A program made the position numbers and the translations under genes. This document shows, in pieces, positions 61,012-64,000 of a stretch of DNA of 64,000 nt (the stretch's first letter is position 1; the number at the start of each line of letters is the position of its first letter). The DNA is from an uncultured Methylomirabilota bacterium (GTDB lineage Bacteria; Methylomirabilota; Methylomirabilia; Methylomirabilales; 2-02-FULL-66-22): NCBI GenBank assembly GCA_963705305.1, contig OY970067.1, positions 3,264,001 to 3,328,000 on the forward strand, written 5' to 3'. Below the pieces are notes generated by a model. The model saw only the letters and a program-made list of their open reading frames with translations, was not told the origin of the DNA and did no database searches.

Positions 61012-61168
61012 AATAGGCCGGTTGCAGACGGGTTCATGGCCTGAGCCGTGATCTGAGCCGGGAGCCGTGAGGCGAGGGGATATCGAGCCAGACCGCTCCA
61101 AAGGACGTGAGCGCCAAATTCGCCTTTGTTGGCGATCTCTCGCTTTCAAACGAAAGTTTCGCTCTGCC
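61012..61168 (+). repeat. 157-bp repeat, copy B
   Basis: Colinear with 52904-53060. Confidence 0.9.
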
Positions 61169-61320
61169 GTCTCTCCTGGACCACCAGAAGAAACGCCAGC
61201 AGGCTCCCAACCGGGCCCGCTGGCGTTTGTGTTTTGGCAGGAGGCCGAACTGGGTACCGACCAGAACTCGCAAGTTCGTGGAACACGCGTTCCCGTATCG
61301 ACGGGCCGGGCGGCGCGTTC

Positions 61321-62214
61321 TCAGGCCTTGGCCCGGACGGTGGTGTCGGCCAGGGCCTCGAGGACCGTGAGGACGACGCACGAATCCAGGTGGCCTTTTC
61401 CCTGGGACCTGGCGGCGCGCAGGATCTCCCGCGCTGCGCCGGCCACGGGGAGCGAAACCCCGCATTCTTCGGCCAGCAGCAGGGCCGTCGACAGGTCCTT
61501 GTACAGGTTGTTGGCGCTGAAATGCGGGGTGAAGTCGTGCTTGACCATGCGCGGCCCGCGGGTCTCCATGGCGCCAGTCCGCGCACCGCCGACCGAGGTG
61601 ATCTCGATCACGGCCTGCGGGTCCAGTCCCGCCTTGGACGCCAGCACCAGCGCCTCCGCGGCGGCGTGAATCGTCACGCCCAGGATGAGGTTATTCACCA
61701 GCTTCAAGGTGGTGCCCATTCCGCTCTCGCCCGCGTACACGATCTTCGCGCCCATCGTCCGGAGGAGAGGGAGACAGCTCTCATACACGATCCGCGGACC
61801 GCCGACCATGATGCCGAGCTTGCCCTCGGCGGCGACCGCGGGGGCGCCGGTAACGGGCGCATCCAGCATGGCTGCACCCCGGGCGGCGGCCCGGGCGGCG
61901 ATCTGTCGTGACATGCTGGGGGATATGCTGCTCATATCGATCAAGATCAAGCCGGCGTGGGCTCCCTCTAAGATCCCGCCGGACTCGCAGGCGACCTGAT
62001 GCGAGGCCGCCGAGTCGGTGACCATGCTGATGACGATATCCGAAGTCTCGGCGACGGCACGGGGCGAATCCGCCCCGGTCGCCCCGGCCTCGAGGAGCGG
62101 GGTCGCCTTCTCGCGGCTGCGGCTCCACACCGTGAGCGGATATCCCGCATTCAGTACGCGCTGCGACATGGGCCGACCCATCAAGCCCAGACCGACGAAT
62201 CCGATGCGCTGCAT
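61321..62214 (-). CDS. NAD(P)-dependent beta-hydroxyacid dehydrogenase (3-hydroxyisobutyrate DH/GarR family)
   Basis: IGFVGLGLMG, LDAPVTG, LKLVNN, KDL. Confidence 0.92.
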   Translation of the reverse strand: MQRIGFVGLGLMGRPMSQRVLNAGYPLTVWSRSREKATPLLEAGATGADSPRAVAETSDIVISMVTDSAASHQVACESGGILEGAHAGLILIDMSSISPSMSRQIAARAAARGAAMLDAPVTGAPAVAAEGKLGIMVGGPRIVYESCLPLLRTMGAKIVYAGESGMGTTLKLVNNLILGVTIHAAAEALVLASKAGLDPQAVIEITSVGGARTGAMETRGPRMVKHDFTPHFSANNLYKDLSTALLLAEECGVSLPVAGAAREILRAARSQGKGHLDSCVVLTVLEALADTTVRAKA

Positions 62215-62532
62215 ACGGCCTCCCGGCTCCATGGCCGATTCCCGGACTCCCCCACCGATCCCGGCAAGCCCTCTTCGAGCGCGAGCATCACCCGGACCAA
62301 GAAAAATATCACAATTGGGGGGCCCCGGCCATGACGGATTGCCTGCGATTCGGGGAGCCGCATCCGGGGCTCCCAGCCGGCGGCGTCACGGAATTCGGGG
62401 TGGTTTCGTGAAGTTCTTGTGGTACAGCGGGCCCGGATGTGGTAGCTTCCCTGCGATCGAGACCTGCCCCGCCCCCGCGCCGGCCGCGGGTGCGCGGGGT
62501 CCGTGGACCTACTGAGCTGAAAGGAGAGGAGC

Positions 62533-62823
62533 ATGGCGAAAGCGATGACCAAGGCCCAGATCGTCACGTACTTCTCGGACAAGTTGGGGCTGACCCGCAA
62601 GGTTGCTGCCGGGTTCCTGGACGAGCAGGCGAAATTGGCCGCGAAAGAGGCCAAGAACGGGTTCACCGTCTCGGGTCTGGGCAAGCTGGTTCTGGTGAAC
62701 CGGAAGGCGCGAATGGGCCGCAACCCCCAGACGGGCGAGGCCATCAAGATTCCGGCGCGCCGCGTCGTCCGGTTCCGCGTGGCCAAAGCCATGAAGGATT
62801 CGGTGCTGGGCGGGAAGAAGTAA
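62533..62823 (+). CDS. HU family DNA-binding protein
   Basis: MTKAQI, GLGKL, RKARMGRNPQTGEAIKIPA. Confidence 0.95.
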   Translation: MAKAMTKAQIVTYFSDKLGLTRKVAAGFLDEQAKLAAKEAKNGFTVSGLGKLVLVNRKARMGRNPQTGEAIKIPARRVVRFRVAKAMKDSVLGGKK

Positions 62824-63253
62824 GGAACGGCCCCCTCGCCAGCTATTCGCCGCGTGGGTTGCCTGCGGATCCGAACGTCGGGCCCGCGAGGCTTGGGCAT
62901 CCGGTGACAGGGTGGAGAGGGCGTCCCGGACGTGACGCCGGGGCTCCCTCCACCCTGGACGGAGCCGCGCGGATCGAGCTGCTCTGCTGCCCCGCCACAC
63001 TCCTCGAGAACTCATCCGCCCTCCGGTCCGATTCGCGTGCCGCCGATTGAATTCGGCGGGTAGGCAGGATTTTTTGTCTGCCCTCGACCTCCGAGCACGC
63101 GCCGCCGGCCGGAATCGACATCCCGCATGCTCCCCTTGATGGGCGGGGCCCAGCCGTGCTAAGGTAATGCGAGGCTGTTCCATCTCTTGGGTTGGTGATG
63201 TACGGTTACGAACGGGATGGTTCGTCCACAGGGGTTCAAACTGGAGGTGCATC

Positions 63254-63751
63254 ATGAGACGTGGATCGTTCTGGATGTGGGTTCTTGGCTTGGGCCTGGT
63301 GCTGGCATTGGCACCGCTCTCACAGGGGCTCGCCGCCGAGACGAAGCAAGAGACGGCACCGGCGCCCGCTGAAAAGCAGGCGGCACCTGCCGCGTCCGAG
63401 CAGAAGCAAGCGGCCCCAGCCATGGAGCAAAAGACGGAAGGGGCTGCCGAGCAGCCGAAGGAGGCAACCGCCGAAAAGAAAGAGCAAGCGAAGGAAAAGC
63501 CGGCCGGCATGGTGGGGACCGTCGTGGCCGTCGTGCCGGACAGCGGCACCCTCGTGGTCGACGTTCCGCAAGGGAAAGCGGTCCTTCGGATCGGCGCGTG
63601 GGCGACCAAGAAGACGAAGATCGAGGCCGGCGGGAAGTCGATCGCCTTCAGTGCCCTCAAGGTGGACAGCAAGGTGCGCATCAACATCCACCGGACTTCT
63701 ACCGGGGATGATCTGATTTCCGTGGAGGTCCTGAGCGGGAGGAAGGGCTGA
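63254..63751 (+). CDS. Secreted protein with Ala/Glu/Lys linker and small OB-like domain
   Basis: Signal peptide; GTVVAV..LKVDSKVRI. Confidence 0.75.
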   Translation: MRRGSFWMWVLGLGLVLALAPLSQGLAAETKQETAPAPAEKQAAPAASEQKQAAPAMEQKTEGAAEQPKEATAEKKEQAKEKPAGMVGTVVAVVPDSGTLVVDVPQGKAVLRIGAWATKKTKIEAGGKSIAFSALKVDSKVRINIHRTSTGDDLISVEVLSGRKG

Positions 63752-64000
63752 TTTACCCTAGCGCGCCCCCGGCCTGTGGAGAAGGGGGGACCGTCGTTCT
63801 TGATGCCCCCGCGGCGGCGTAGAGCCCGCTGCGGGGGCATTGTTACTCCGGCTTCGATTGTAATGGAATTCACCAGTTCCGTACCAACCGTGCCTGCCTA
63901 TGGTCCTACCGTTGAATTATTCGGCACTAATGATGCATTAAATGAATGCACGGATAGCTGTTTAATAATAATGAGACTGAATGTCCCATATTTGATTGAA

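Noticed and set aside
63880..64000. AT-rich stretch at the right edge
   Set aside because: Truncated by the window; nothing assignable

Overview
High-GC bacterial DNA, almost all accessory; the host cannot be identified from the sequence. Bases 1 to ~51.3 kb look like the right-hand part of a large, partly decaying integrated plasmid/ICE-like element. It carries a mostly minus-strand DNA-metabolism tract (tmk fragment, SbcC-like ATPase, DUF6094 methyltransferase + SNF2-like helicase, RecD2, compact UvrD, DnaN, three ssb-like genes, RecU-like resolvase, RadC, RNase H). It also carries TA modules (MNT-HEPN; AbiEi-AbiEii-ADP-ribosylglycohydrolase), a ParM/ParR pair beside a repeat-rich intergenic region, and a hybrid kinase/pseudokinase pair. 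No integrase, relaxase or T4SS gene is in the window. At the left edge, missed by the ORF track, an IscB RNA-guided nuclease with its omega-RNA is inserted in tmk. 24052-30158 is a nest of three IS elements (one IS21 interrupted by a second IS21 and an IS630). 51.2-53.4 kb holds tRNA/tmRNA-3'-end-like scars, two of them followed by the same 214-bp structured repeat. Beyond that lie a 201-bp MITE, a Cys/His-rich metallothionein-like gene (plus a dead paralog), an extended ars cluster bracketed by 157-bp direct repeats, a dehydrogenase, HU and a secreted protein. All family calls come from motif recognition by eye, not database searches.
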